In this document: positions 48,494 to 58,050 of the stretch, one piece after another
Layout of the letters: each line of letters starts with the position of its first letter
Position numbering within the stretch: position 1 is the first letter of the stretch
DNA from: an uncultured Enterobacteriaceae bacterium
GTDB lineage: Bacteria > Pseudomonadota > Gammaproteobacteria > Burkholderiales > SG8-39
DNA length: 60,388 bases
Direction: 5' to 3'
Assembly (NCBI GenBank): GCA_964627075.1
Contig: CAZVHU010000001.1
Coordinates: 6,454 to 66,841, forward strand
The notes under the pieces: generated by a model
Database searches by the model: none
The model's input: the letters and a program-made list of their open reading frames with translations, nothing else
Told to the model about the DNA's origin: nothing
Program-made: the position numbers and the translations under genes

Positions 48494-49078
48494 ATGCCCT
48501 TCGAATCCCCGGTCGCCGCGGCGCTCAACCACCTGCTCGAGGGCGAGTCCTGGGCGCGAGAGCGCCTGGCGCCCTTCGCGGGCGAGGCGCTCGAGTTGCG
48601 CGCGCCGCCGCTGCCTGCGCTGCGCTTCGCGATCGCCGCCGGCGGGCGGCTCGCGCCCGCCGCTGCCGACGCGGTGCCGTCCCTCGCCATCACCGTAGGG
48701 CCGCAGGCGCTGCCTGCGCTGGCGCGCGGCGAAGAGCACTTCCTGCGCGCGATCGAGGTCTCGGGCAATGCGCGCCTCGCGTCGGAAGTCATGTTCCTCT
48801 TCCGGCACCTGCGCTGGGACTTCGAGGAAGACCTCTCCAGGCTCGTCGGCGACGCCGCCGCGCACCGCGCGGCGCGCGCGGCGCGCACCCTGATCGCCTG
48901 GCAGAAGGACGCCGCGCAGCGCATCGCCGAGGGGCTGATGGATTACGCAGTCGAGGAAAAGCACCTGCTCGTGCCGCGCGCGGAGCTGGAAAAGCTCGCG
49001 CAGGGCGCGGCGCAGCTGCGCGACGCGCTGGAGCGGCTGCAGAAGCGGCTCGAGCGCCAGGAGCGGGGCGGTGTCTAG
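48494..49078 (+). CDS. ubiJ: Ubiquinone biosynthesis accessory factor UbiJ (SCP2 domain)
   Basis: The ATG at 48494 is preferred, because the TTG at 48482 lies in the terminator tail. It has an SCP2-like core ([23 protein letters not shown]) and sits between ubiE and ubiB. Confidence 0.75.
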   Translation: MPFESPVAAALNHLLEGESWARERLAPFAGEALELRAPPLPALRFAIAAGGRLAPAAADAVPSLAITVGPQALPALARGEEHFLRAIEVSGNARLASEVMFLFRHLRWDFEEDLSRLVGDAAAHRAARAARTLIAWQKDAAQRIAEGLMDYAVEEKHLLVPRAELEKLAQGAAQLRDALERLQKRLERQERGGV

Positions 49079-50591
49079 CCTGGTGCGCCTGGCGCGCATC
49101 CTCTGGATCGGGCTGCGCTTCGGGCTGCACGAGTTCATCCCCGGGCTCCCCGGCGGCCGGCTGCTCGCGCTGTTCGCCGGCGGGGCGGGCGAGCCGCGCG
49201 CCGTGCGCCTGCGGCGCGCGCTCGAGACCCTCGGCCCCATCTTCGTCAAGTTCGGGCAGGTGCTCTCGACGCGCCGCGACCTGCTGCCGGTGGACATCGC
49301 CGACGAGCTCGCCAAGCTCCAGGACCGGGTGCCGCCCTTCGACTCCAAGCTCGCGGTGGCCGAGATCGAGCGCTCGCTCGGGCGGCCGCTCGACGAGGTG
49401 TTCGCGAGCTTCGAGAGCCGCTGCGAGGCGAGCGCCTCGATCGCGCAGGTGCACCTCGGGGTGCTGAAGAGCGGACAGGAAGTGGCGGTCAAGGTGCTAC
49501 GGCCCGGCGTGGAGAAGGCGGTGGCCGGGGACGTGCTGCTGCTCGAGGCGGCGGCGCAGCTCATGGAAAAGCTCTGGGCGGAGGGCCGGCGCCTGAAGCC
49601 GCGCGAGGTGGTGGCCGAGTTCTCGCGCCACCTCGAGGAGGAGCTCGATCTCATGCGCGAGGCCGCCAACGCCTCGCAGCTGCGGCGCAACTTCGAGGAC
49701 TCGAAGATGTTGCTGGTGCCGGCGGTCTACTGGGACTACTGCGCGCAGCGCGTCATGGTGATGGAGCGCATGCGCGGCACGCCCGTGTCGCAGGTCGCCG
49801 AGCTGCGCGCCAGGGGCATCGACATCCCGCAGCTCGCGCGCGCCGGAGTCGAGATCTTCTTCCAGCAGGCGTTCCGCGACGGGTTCTTCCACGCCGACAT
49901 GCACCCGGGCAACATCTTCGTCGCCACCGAGGGCGAGGCGAAGGGCCGCTATGTCGCGCTCGACTTCGGCATCATGGGCGCGCTCACCGAGCGCGACAAG
50001 AACTACCTGGCGCAGAATTTCGTCGCCTTCTTCAACCGCGACTACCGGCGCGTGGCGCAGGCGCACCTCGACGCCGGCTGGGTGCCGCCGGGCACGCGGG
50101 TGGAGGCGTTCGAATCGGCGATCCGCGCCGTGTGCGAGCCGGTGTTCGCGCGGCCGCTGAAGGAGATCTACTTCGGCAAGCTGCTGCTGCGCCTGTTCCA
50201 GACCTCGCGCCGCTTCAACGTCGAGATCCAGCCGCAGCTGGTGCTGCTGCAAAAGACGCTGCTCAACATCGAGGGCCTCGGGCGCGAGCTCGATCCGGAC
50301 CTCGACCTCTGGAAGACCGCCAAGCCCTACCTCGAGAAGTGGCTGAGCGACCGCATCGGCTGGCGCGGCCTGCTCGATACCTTCAGGCGCGAGGCCCCCT
50401 ACTGGGCGCAGACGCTGCCCGAGCTGCCGCGGATGCTGCACCGGATGCTGGCCGAGGACCGGCTGGGGGCGCTGGAGGCAGCGGTGCGCGAGCTCGCCGC
50501 CGAGGAGCGGCGGCGCAACGACCTGCTCTCCGCGCTCGTTTTCCTCGCGTTGGTGGGCATCGCCGTCTTCAGCATAGCCATCCTCGTTTAG
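49071..50591 (+). CDS. ubiB: UbiB (ABC1-family kinase-like ubiquinone biosynthesis protein)
   Basis: 506 aa. It has [26 protein letters not shown] and [10 protein letters not shown], plus C-terminal TM segments. Confidence 0.93.
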   Translation: MSSLVRLARILWIGLRFGLHEFIPGLPGGRLLALFAGGAGEPRAVRLRRALETLGPIFVKFGQVLSTRRDLLPVDIADELAKLQDRVPPFDSKLAVAEIERSLGRPLDEVFASFESRCEASASIAQVHLGVLKSGQEVAVKVLRPGVEKAVAGDVLLLEAAAQLMEKLWAEGRRLKPREVVAEFSRHLEEELDLMREAANASQLRRNFEDSKMLLVPAVYWDYCAQRVMVMERMRGTPVSQVAELRARGIDIPQLARAGVEIFFQQAFRDGFFHADMHPGNIFVATEGEAKGRYVALDFGIMGALTERDKNYLAQNFVAFFNRDYRRVAQAHLDAGWVPPGTRVEAFESAIRAVCEPVFARPLKEIYFGKLLLRLFQTSRRFNVEIQPQLVLLQKTLLNIEGLGRELDPDLDLWKTAKPYLEKWLSDRIGWRGLLDTFRREAPYWAQTLPELPRMLHRMLAEDRLGALEAAVRELAAEERRRNDLLSALVFLALVGIAVFSIAILV

Positions 50592-50624
50592 CGCCGCCAT
50601 CCAAGGTCGGCGCCGAGGCGGGTC

Positions 50625-50752
50625 GGCTCCGCCGCCCTGGACCGCAAACGCCGCGCCACGGGTGCCCGGCGGGGCAGACTTCGGTCAGATTGAAGCTCTT
50701 GTCTGCCCCGCCACCCGTGGAGCACGGCGCGGCCCCGAAGGGCGGCGGAGCC
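50625..50752. other. 128-nt compound imperfect palindrome (long hairpin) downstream of ubiB
   Basis: Read directly. The outer stem is 13 bp perfect (50625-50637 with 50740-50752). The middle stems are 6 and 7 bp. The apical stem is 12 bp (50668-50679 with 50701-50712). The loop is 21 nt and AT-richer. Confidence 0.75.
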
Positions 50753-50892
50753 GCCCCGCCCCGGCGGCGGCACAGGGACGCGAGCGCATATACAGACGTC
50801 GGGTGCTCGCGAACGCCGATTCCTGCAGTCACGCATGCGACGGATTCATCGCGACCGCGCCCGCAGCGGCGCGCCTTGGGATGGGGAAATGA

Positions 50893-50915
50893 AGTGTAAA
50901 GAGTGACTTTACACT
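50893..50915 (+). repeat. 23-bp AT-rich palindrome, copy c: AGTGTAAAG-AGTGA-CTTTACACT
   Basis: Read directly, with perfect arms. It lies 87 nt upstream of the 51002 ATG. Confidence 0.9.
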
Positions 50916-51001
50916 CTGCCCGCCTGGCGCCGGCGCTCGAACCAGCTCCCGGATTGGGGCGTAGACTTTGCGGTGATTGCTCTGTAACGGAGGGCGCTGC
51001 G

Positions 51002-51992
51002 ATGCAAACCCTACGCAGGCAGCTGCTGATTGCCGCGGGCACCCTGCTCGCGACGCCACTTGCCCGCGCGCAGATATCGCCAAAGCTGCGGCGGATCGGG
51101 CACCTGCAGCTCAATCCCTATGCCGATGGCGTGCAGAAATGGTGGCTCGCAGGGCTGCAGCAAGCAGGCTACGAGCATGGAAAAAAATCTTCTGGTTGAA
51201 TGGCGTTCTGCCGAGGGCGATGCAGGGCGCCTGCCCGCCCTTGTCGATGAACTCGTGCGCCTCAACGTCGAGTTGCTCGTGGCTATTTCCAGTGACGCCG
51301 AAGATGCGGCCAAGCAGGCGTCCCGAACGATCCCCATCGTGACGTTTGGGACCACCTTTCCGATCGAGCGGGGATTGATCAAGAGCTTCGCGCGCCCGGG
51401 CGGCAACATTACCGGAACGGTCTGGTTCGTCGACCCGGAAGTCACGTTTTCAAAGCAATACCAGATCTTCAAGGACGCCGTGCCCGGCGCGAGCCGGGTG
51501 TACGCTTTGTACTATGGCGCGGATCCGGCTTTGCGATTCTGGGATAGAGCGCTTGAACGTCGCCTGGCGAAGGCGATGGGGTTGACCGTGCAGGATTTCC
51601 CGCTACACCGACCTGAGGCCGTGAAGCCGACGCTCGAGCGCATCGCTTCCAGTCGACCGGATGTGCTCTCGGTATCAGGCAATGTTCAGGCCTCTCTTGG
51701 AGCGTTCCCGGAAATCGCCGCGTTCGCTCTGCAGCATAAGCTCGTGTCGTACTCGGAAAGCGAACGCTACCCTCGTTTCGGCGGACTGCTTTCCTATGGA
51801 CCAAACTTTCTTGGCTTGCGGGAGTTCATGGTCAGCTACGTTGACAGGATCCTGCGCGGAGCCAAGGCCGCCGATCTGCCTGTCCAGCAGACGACAAAGT
51901 GGGATTTGGTGCTCAACGCCAAGACCGCTCAGGCCATCGGATTCAGGCCGCCGCCCGCGTTCATGCTGCAAGTGACGCGTCAGATCGAATGA
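51002..51992 (+). pseudogene. ABC transporter substrate-binding protein (PF04392-like) paralogue, frameshifted in an A7 run
   Basis: The ORFs 50903-51199 (from the Met at 51002) and 51030-51992 join if the A7 at 51181-51187 is read as A6: ...AGYEHGK|NLLVEWRSAEGD.... It has a signal peptide, IPIVTFG, ARPGGNITG, and an LNAKTAQAIGF tail. It is visibly less GC-rich than its neighbours. Confidence 0.7.
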
Positions 51993-52036
51993 AGCGTCGG
52001 GCAATCGACGTGCTCGCAGTGGACGCGGGCAGGCAA

Positions 52037-52059
52037 AGTGTAATGCGTGGCTTTACACA
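52037..52059 (+). repeat. 23-bp AT-rich palindrome, copy d (degenerate): AGTGTAATG-CGTGG-CTTTACACA
   Basis: Read directly, with 7/9 arm complementarity. It lies 45 nt downstream of the 51992 stop. Confidence 0.8.
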
Positions 52060-52237
52060 TTGGCCCGCGGACACCGCCAACCGCTGCGCGCCGTCCGACG
52101 TTGCCGCAAGGGGTCCCCATCGGGCCGCGCGGAGCCGCGCCGCGGGCGGAGGGAGCAGACCGAGCACTGTCTGAGCCCGTAAGAGGAGTAGGGCGAGTTG
52201 CGCAGGTCTCCGACGATCGCGGCAATGAGGCGAGGGT

Positions 52238-52286
52238 AAAGAAAATCGGGGACAGACCCGGAAGGCAGGTCTGTCCCCGATTTTCT
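52238..52286. terminator. Perfect 20-bp hairpin (9-nt loop), probably a bidirectional intrinsic terminator
   Basis: AAGAAAATCGGGGACAGACC-cggaaggca-GGTCTGTCCCCGATTTTCTT. It has a GC-rich upper stem. The AT-rich lower stem gives a U-rich tail on either strand. Confidence 0.6.
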
Positions 52287-52382
52287 TCGCGGCCCTGGGG
52301 AAGGCGGTAACGTCGGGCGGCGCGCGGGCGCGCCTGAAGGTGTTCTGCATATAATCGCCGCCAAACTCGTGCGCCGGCCGCC

Positions 52383-53837
52383 ATGCTGATCGCTTTCGTC
52401 GCGCTCTACCTCGTGCTCACCATCGCGGTCGGGCTGTGGGCGGCGGCGCGGGTGCACAACACGAAGGACTATGTGCTCGCGGGGCGGAGCCTGCCGCTGT
52501 ACATGAGTGCGGCGACGGTCTTCGCCACCTGGTTCGGCGCCGAGACCGTGCTCTCGGTCTCCGCGACCTTCTCGCGCGACGGCCTTGGCGGCATCGTCGC
52601 GGACCCCTTCGGCTCGTCGTTCTGCCTGCTGTTCGTGGCGCTTTTCTTCGCGCGCGCCTTCTACCGCATGGACCTGCTCACGATCGGCGACTTCTACCAC
52701 CGGCGCTACAACAAGCCGGTGGAGGTGGCCACCAGCCTCGCGATCACGGTGTCGTACCTGGGCTGGACCTCGGCGCAGCTCACCGCGCTCGGGCTGGTGC
52801 TGTCCGTCGTTTCGGGCGGCGCGATCTCGCTCGAGACCGGGATCTACCTCGGCACCGCGATCGTGCTCGGCTACACCATCTGGGGCGGCATGTGGTCGGT
52901 GGCGATGACCGACCTGGTGCAGTCGGTGGTGATCCTCATAGGCCTCGCGCTGGTGGCGTGGCTGGTGGCCGACATGGCGGGCGGCGCCGGCAAGGTGATC
53001 GCCGCCGCCGCGCAGGCCGGCAAGTTCGAGTTCTGGCCCAAGGGCGGAACCAGGGAGTGGCTCGCCTTCCTCGCCGCCTGGATGACGCTCGCCATCGGCT
53101 CGATCCCGCAGCAGGACGTGTTCCAGCGCGTCACCTCGGCGAAGAACGAGAAAACCGCCGTGCGCGGCTGCCTGATCGGCGGCGCGGTGTACTTCTCCTT
53201 CGCCTTCGTGCCGATCTTCATCGCCTACGCGGCGCTGGTCATCGATCCCGGCTACGGCAAGCTGTTCGCGGGCGAGGACGCGCGCGAGATCCAGAGGATC
53301 CTGCCCAGCCTGATCCTCGACAGAACGCCGCTGTGGGCGCAGGTGCTGTTCTTCGGCGCGCTGCTCTCGGCGATCCTCTCCACCGCGTCGGGCGCGCTGC
53401 TCGCGCCGACGTCGCTGTTCACCGAGAACGTGATCCGGCCGTTCGCCCACCGCATGAGCGACCGCCAGTTCCTGCTGCTCTTGAGGGTGGTGCTCGCCAC
53501 CTTCTCGCTCGCGGCGCTCGTCTTCGCGCTCAACTCGCGCAGCACCATGTACGAGATGGTGCAGAACGCCTACAAGGTGACGCTGGTGTCGTGCGTGGTG
53601 CCGCTCGCCGCGGGGCTGTGGTGGAAGCGCGCCGACGTCGCGGGCGCGGTGCTCGCGGTCGCGTTTGGCCTCGCGTCCTGGGGCGCGGCCGAGATGCTCG
53701 CCGCGGACGCCACCGTGCCGCCGCAGCTCGTGGGCCTCGGGTTCTCGGCGCTCGGCATGCTGCTCGGCGCATACCTGCCGCGGCCGGGCGGGGCGCGCGC
53801 CGCGGCGCATCCCGCGGCGCACGAGCCGCGCAGATAG
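52383..53837 (+). CDS. Sodium:solute symporter family (SSF) transporter
   Basis: 484 aa and polytopic. The N-terminal region DYVLAGRSLPLYMSAATVFATWFGAETVL is typical of SSF. The substrate is not assignable. Confidence 0.85.
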   Translation: MLIAFVALYLVLTIAVGLWAAARVHNTKDYVLAGRSLPLYMSAATVFATWFGAETVLSVSATFSRDGLGGIVADPFGSSFCLLFVALFFARAFYRMDLLTIGDFYHRRYNKPVEVATSLAITVSYLGWTSAQLTALGLVLSVVSGGAISLETGIYLGTAIVLGYTIWGGMWSVAMTDLVQSVVILIGLALVAWLVADMAGGAGKVIAAAAQAGKFEFWPKGGTREWLAFLAAWMTLAIGSIPQQDVFQRVTSAKNEKTAVRGCLIGGAVYFSFAFVPIFIAYAALVIDPGYGKLFAGEDAREIQRILPSLILDRTPLWAQVLFFGALLSAILSTASGALLAPTSLFTENVIRPFAHRMSDRQFLLLLRVVLATFSLAALVFALNSRSTMYEMVQNAYKVTLVSCVVPLAAGLWWKRADVAGAVLAVAFGLASWGAAEMLAADATVPPQLVGLGFSALGMLLGAYLPRPGGARAAAHPAAHEPRR

Positions 53838-53844
53838 CGCGCCC

Positions 53845-54903
53845 GTGCGGCCGTCGCCGCTCGCCGGTTTCCTGCTCGCCGCCTACAGCCTGCTCGTCGT
53901 CTACGCGTCGCTCTACCCGCTCGCGGAGTGGCGCGACCCGGGCGTATCGGCGCTTGCGTTCCTGACTGCACCCTGGCCTCGCTACCTCACCGCGTTCGAT
54001 CTCGGCGCCAACGTCTTCGGCTACGCGCCCTACGGCCTGCTCGCAGCGCTCGCGGTGCACCCGCGCCTGCGGGGCGCCGGCGCGGTGCTGCTCGCCGCGG
54101 TCACGGGCGGGGCGCTCGCGCTCGCCCTCGAGGCCGCGCAGAGCTACCTGCCCGCGCGCATCGCATCCAACGTGGACCTGCTCGCCAACCTTGCCGGCGC
54201 CGCGCTCGGCGGCATCGCCGGCGTGCTCGCCGCGCCCTGGCTGCTGGGGGAGGGGCCGCTCAAGCGCCTGCGCGCATCGTCGTTCCTCCCCGGCGCGGAA
54301 ATCGACCTCGGGCTCACCCTGCTCGGCCTGTGGCTGTTTGCGCAGCTCAGTCCCGCGACGCTGCTGTTCGGCGCCGGCGACCTGCGCGACCTGCTTGCCG
54401 CCGAGGGCGTCGAATACGGCGCCGAGCTGTTCATCTCGGTCGAGGCGGCGATCGCCGCGGCAAACCTCCTGGCGGTGACTCTGCTCGCCTCGGCGATGCT
54501 CGCCCCGGGGGCCCCGGCGCACGCGCTGTGCAGCGCGCTCGTCGTCGCTGCGCTCGCGGTGAAGACGCTCGCGTTCGCCATCCTGATGCGGGCCGAGGAC
54601 GTGTTCGCGTGGCTCACGCCGGGCGCGCAGCATGGCCTTGCGGCGGGATTCGTGCTGATGCTCGCGGCGGTGGCGCTGCCGCGCACGGCGCGCCTTGCGA
54701 TCGCCGCGATGCTGCTCATGACAGCGACCGTGCTGGTGAACCTTGCGCCGCCCAATCCCTACCTCGCCGCGATCCTCAAGGTCTGGGCGCAAGGCCATTT
54801 CCTCAACTTCAACGGCCTCACGCACCTGGTGTCGGCGATCTGGCCGTTCGCGGCGCTCGCCTACCTGTTCTACCTCGCCTCGCGCCGCGCGCGCGAACGG
54901 TAG
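53845..54903 (+). CDS. VanZ-like family membrane protein
   Basis: 352 aa from the GTG at 53845. It has a VanZ-like N-terminal core (NVFGYAPYGLL...EAAQSYLPARIASNVDLLAN) followed by extra TM segments. Confidence 0.65.
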   Translation: MRPSPLAGFLLAAYSLLVVYASLYPLAEWRDPGVSALAFLTAPWPRYLTAFDLGANVFGYAPYGLLAALAVHPRLRGAGAVLLAAVTGGALALALEAAQSYLPARIASNVDLLANLAGAALGGIAGVLAAPWLLGEGPLKRLRASSFLPGAEIDLGLTLLGLWLFAQLSPATLLFGAGDLRDLLAAEGVEYGAELFISVEAAIAAANLLAVTLLASAMLAPGAPAHALCSALVVAALAVKTLAFAILMRAEDVFAWLTPGAQHGLAAGFVLMLAAVALPRTARLAIAAMLLMTATVLVNLAPPNPYLAAILKVWAQGHFLNFNGLTHLVSAIWPFAALAYLFYLASRRARER

Positions 54904-54915
54904 AATGCCGGCCCC

Positions 54916-55224
54916 ATGTCCTACTACCAGCGCCACATCTTCTTCTGCTGCAACCAGCGCGACGACGGCCGGCCCTGCTGCCAGTCCAAGGGCGCGGTCC
55001 AGATGCGCGACTACGCCAAGGGCCGCGTCAAGGCGCTCGGCCTCGCCGGCGCGGGCAAGGTGCGCGTCAACCAGGCGGGCTGCCTGGACCGCTGCGAGGA
55101 GGGGCCCTGCGTCGTGGTGTACCCGGAGGCGGTCTGGTACACCTACGTGGACCGCTCCGACATCGACGAGATCATCGGCGAGCACCTGCAGAACGGCCGC
55201 ATCGTAAAGCGGTTGCGGATCTGA
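54916..55224 (+). CDS. Thioredoxin-like [2Fe-2S] ferredoxin-domain protein
   Basis: 102 aa. Cys ligands lie in HIFFCCNQR...PCC and [11 protein letters not shown]. Confidence 0.75.
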   Translation: MSYYQRHIFFCCNQRDDGRPCCQSKGAVQMRDYAKGRVKALGLAGAGKVRVNQAGCLDRCEEGPCVVVYPEAVWYTYVDRSDIDEIIGEHLQNGRIVKRLRI

Positions 55225-55829
55225 TGCGGCCCGCCACCCGGCGCGAGCTCGTTCCCGGGCCGGCCGGACGCATCGAGTGCGCGGTGGACGCGCCGCAGGG
55301 CGAGCCGCGCGGCGTGGCGCTGGTCGCGCACCCGCATCCGCTCTACGGCGGCACGCTCGACAACAAGGTGGTCACGACCCTCTCCCGCGCGCTGGCGGAC
55401 CTCGGCTACGAGTCCTGGCGGCCCAACTTCCGCGGCGTCGGCGCAAGCGAAGGCGCCCACGACGAGGGGCGCGGCGAGGTCGAGGACCTCGCGGCGGTGC
55501 TCGCGCACGCTCGCGGCCGCGCCGACCACGCGCCGCCGGTGCTGGCGGGCTTTTCCTTCGGCGCCGCGATGCAGGCGCGGCTCGCGCCGCGCGTTCCCGG
55601 CGCGCGCCTGGTGCTGGTCGGCGTCGCGGTCAATCACCTGGAGGCGCCCGCGGTGCCGGCCGGCACGCTCGTCGTGCATGGCGCGAACGACGACACCGTG
55701 CCGCTCGCCGCGGTGCTCGCGTGGGCCGAACCGCAGGAGCTGCCGGTGGTGGTGCTCCCCGGGACCGATCACTTCTTCCACCGGCGGCTCCATCTCCTGC
55801 GCGCCATCGTGCGCCAGCACCTGCGATGA
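55224..55829 (+). CDS. Alpha/beta-fold hydrolase
   Basis: 201 aa. It has [14 protein letters not shown], the nucleophile-elbow-like GFSFGA, and C-terminal HGANDD...DHFF. Start and stop are coupled to both neighbours. Confidence 0.7.
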   Translation: MRPATRRELVPGPAGRIECAVDAPQGEPRGVALVAHPHPLYGGTLDNKVVTTLSRALADLGYESWRPNFRGVGASEGAHDEGRGEVEDLAAVLAHARGRADHAPPVLAGFSFGAAMQARLAPRVPGARLVLVGVAVNHLEAPAVPAGTLVVHGANDDTVPLAAVLAWAEPQELPVVVLPGTDHFFHRRLHLLRAIVRQHLR

Positions 55830-56746
55830 GGGCAACCGAGCCGGCGCTTTCGGTGCGCGGCCTGAGGAAGCGCTACGGCGAGCAGGAAGTCGTGTGCGGC
55901 GTGGACCTCGAGGTGGCGCCGGGCGAATGCTTCGGCCTGCTGGGCCCGAACGGCGCGGGCAAGACCACCACCTTGAAGTTGTGCCTGGGGCTCACCGACC
56001 CGGACGCGGGCGAGGTGCGCCTCCTCGGGCACGAAGTCCCGGCGCGCGCGCGCGAGGCGCGCGCCCAGGTGGGCGTGGTGCCGCAGTTCGACAACCTGGA
56101 CCCCGACTTCACCGTCGCCGAGAACCTGGTCGTGTTCGGCCGCTACTTCGGGCTGCCCGCGAGGCAAATCGAGGCGCGCATGCCCGAGCTGCTCGAATTC
56201 GCCGGGCTCGCCGGACGCGCCGACGCCCGCATCCAGGCGCTCTCGGGCGGCATGAAGCGGCGCCTCACGCTCGCGCGCGCGCTCGTCAACGAGCCGCGGC
56301 TGCTGTTCATGGACGAGCCGACCACGGGCCTGGACCCGCAGGCGCGCCACCTCATCTGGGAGCGGCTGCGGCGGCTGACGCAGGAGGGGCGCACGCTCGT
56401 GCTCACCACGCACTTCATGGAGGAGGCCGAGCGGCTGTGCACGCGCGTCGCGATCATGGACCGCGGCCGCGTTATCGCCGAGGGCAGCCCGCGGGCGCTG
56501 ATCGCCGGGCACATCGAGCCGCAGGTGGTGGAGGTGCACGGGCCGGGGACCGATGCCTGGGCAGGGCGCGCCCGCTCGCTCGCGGCGCGCATCGAGCGCG
56601 TGGGCGAGACCGCGTTCTGCTACGCCGCGAGCGTGGAGCCGCTGCTCGCCAGCCTGCGCGAGCAGCCCGTGCTCGTGTATCTTCACCGGCCAGCGAACCT
56701 CGAGGACGTGTTCTTGAAGCTCACTGGCCGAGACCTGCGAGACTGA
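55826..56746 (+). CDS. ABC transporter ATP-binding protein (ABC-2/NodI-like)
   Basis: 306 aa. It has Walker [10 protein letters not shown], the signature LSGGMKRRL and Walker B LLFMDEPT. Confidence 0.92.
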   Translation: MRATEPALSVRGLRKRYGEQEVVCGVDLEVAPGECFGLLGPNGAGKTTTLKLCLGLTDPDAGEVRLLGHEVPARAREARAQVGVVPQFDNLDPDFTVAENLVVFGRYFGLPARQIEARMPELLEFAGLAGRADARIQALSGGMKRRLTLARALVNEPRLLFMDEPTTGLDPQARHLIWERLRRLTQEGRTLVLTTHFMEEAERLCTRVAIMDRGRVIAEGSPRALIAGHIEPQVVEVHGPGTDAWAGRARSLAARIERVGETAFCYAASVEPLLASLREQPVLVYLHRPANLEDVFLKLTGRDLRD

Positions 56747-56777
56747 GCGCATGCGAAGCGAGCAAGCGAGGCCCGTC

Positions 56778-56835
56778 ATCCCCGCGCAGGCGGGGATCCC
56801 GCATCGGCGTATCGGGGCCCCCGCTTTCGCGGGGG
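56778..56835. repeat. Two GC-rich REP-like hairpins in opposite orientation: ATCCCCGC-GCAG-GCGGGGAT (56778-56797) and CCCCCGC-TTTC-GCGGGGG (56818-56835)
   Basis: Read directly. They lie in the 99-nt spacer between the ABC ATPase and permease genes. Confidence 0.85.
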
Positions 56836-56845
56836 GGACGACCCG

Positions 56846-57631
56846 GTGAACGCCCGCCTCTACGCGCTGCCCGCGCTCAGCCCGCGCCTCGCCGCGGTGT
56901 GGCGGCGGCACTTCCTCGTCTGGCGCAAGCTCGCCGTGCCCTCGATCCTGGGCAACCTCGCCGATCCCTTGATCATGCTCTTCGGCCTGGGCTACGGCCT
57001 GGGCGCGGTGCTCGGCGACATGGGCGGCACGAGCTACTTCGCGTTCCTCGCCGCCGGCTTCGTCGCCTCGGCCACGATGTACGCGGCGACCTTCGAGTCG
57101 CTGTTTTCGGCGTTCTCGCGCATGCACGTGCAGAAGACCTGGGAGGCGATCGTCAACGCGCCGATGACGCTGGAAGACGTGCTCGCCGGCGAGTGGACCT
57201 GGGCGGCGACCAAGGCGCTCGCCGCGGGCATCTGCATGCTGGCGGTGATTGCGGCGTTCGGCTATGCGAGCTTTCCGCTCGCGCTCGCCTCGCTGCCGGT
57301 GATCGCGCTGATCGGCCTCGCCTTCGGCGCGCTCGGCCTCGCGATCAACGCGCTCGCCACGGGCTACGATTTCTTCAGCTACTACCTGACGCTGGTGTTG
57401 ACGCCGATGATGATGCTCTCGGGCGTGTTCTTCCCGCTGGAGCAACTTCCCGCCGCGGTGCAGGCGGTGGCGCAGGCGCTGCCGCTCGCGCACGGCGTGG
57501 CGCTGGTGCGGCCGCTGCTCGCCGGCCAGCTGCCGGCCGGCGCGCTGCTGCACGTCGCGGTGCTGGCGGGCTACGCAGCGGCGGGCTTCTATCTCGCCAC
57601 GGTGCTGACGCGCCGGCGGCTCCTCGCCTGA
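56846..57631 (+). CDS. ABC-2 type transporter permease (NodJ-like)
   Basis: 261 aa, GTG start, with six hydrophobic segments. It follows the NodI-like ATPase. Confidence 0.85.
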   Translation: MNARLYALPALSPRLAAVWRRHFLVWRKLAVPSILGNLADPLIMLFGLGYGLGAVLGDMGGTSYFAFLAAGFVASATMYAATFESLFSAFSRMHVQKTWEAIVNAPMTLEDVLAGEWTWAATKALAAGICMLAVIAAFGYASFPLALASLPVIALIGLAFGALGLAINALATGYDFFSYYLTLVLTPMMMLSGVFFPLEQLPAAVQAVAQALPLAHGVALVRPLLAGQLPAGALLHVAVLAGYAAAGFYLATVLTRRRLLA

Positions 57632-57633
57632 GC

Positions 57634-58050
57634 ATGCTCCTCGTCAAGTCGCTGCACATCGTCTTCATGGTGACCTGGTTCGCGGGGCTTTTCTACCTGC
57701 CGCGGCTTTTCGTCTACCACTCGCTCGCCGAGGACCGCATCTCCATCGAGCGCTTCAAGGTCATGGAGAGAAAGCTCTTCTGGGGCATCACGACCCCGGG
57801 CGGCGTGCTGGCGCTCGCCTTCGGCGTCTGGCTGTGGCTCGGCTGGTTTCCCGGCGCCGGCGGCTGGCTCCATGCCAAGCTCGCGCTCGCCGCGGCGCTC
57901 GCCGGCTACCACCTCTGGTGCGGCAAGCTGATGCTCGAGTTCCGCAACGAGCGCAACACCCGCAGCCACGTCTGGCTGCGCTGGTTCAACGAGTTCCCGG
58001 TGCTGGTGCTGTTCGGCGCGGTGTTCCTGGTTGTCTACAAGCCCTTCTGA
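57634..58050 (+). CDS. hemJ: HemJ-type protoporphyrinogen oxidase (UPF0093/CopD-like)
   Basis: 138 aa from MLLVKSLHIVFMVTWFAGLFYLPRLFVYH, a typical HemJ N-terminus. Confidence 0.8.
   Translation: MLLVKSLHIVFMVTWFAGLFYLPRLFVYHSLAEDRISIERFKVMERKLFWGITTPGGVLALAFGVWLWLGWFPGAGGWLHAKLALAAALAGYHLWCGKLMLEFRNERNTRSHVWLRWFNEFPVLVLFGAVFLVVYKPF

Noticed and set aside
50903-51992. Treating 50903-51199 and 51030-51992 as two separate genes
   Set aside because: The two products are the N-terminal signal/first-lobe part and the remainder of one PF04392-like substrate-binding protein. They join through a single-base change in an A7 run.
52350-52355. TATAAT hexamer upstream of the symporter gene as a sigma-70 promoter
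   Set aside because: It is a perfect -10 hexamer, but I could not find a convincing -35 element at 16-18 nt or a properly spaced extended -10 TG. The evidence is too weak to annotate.
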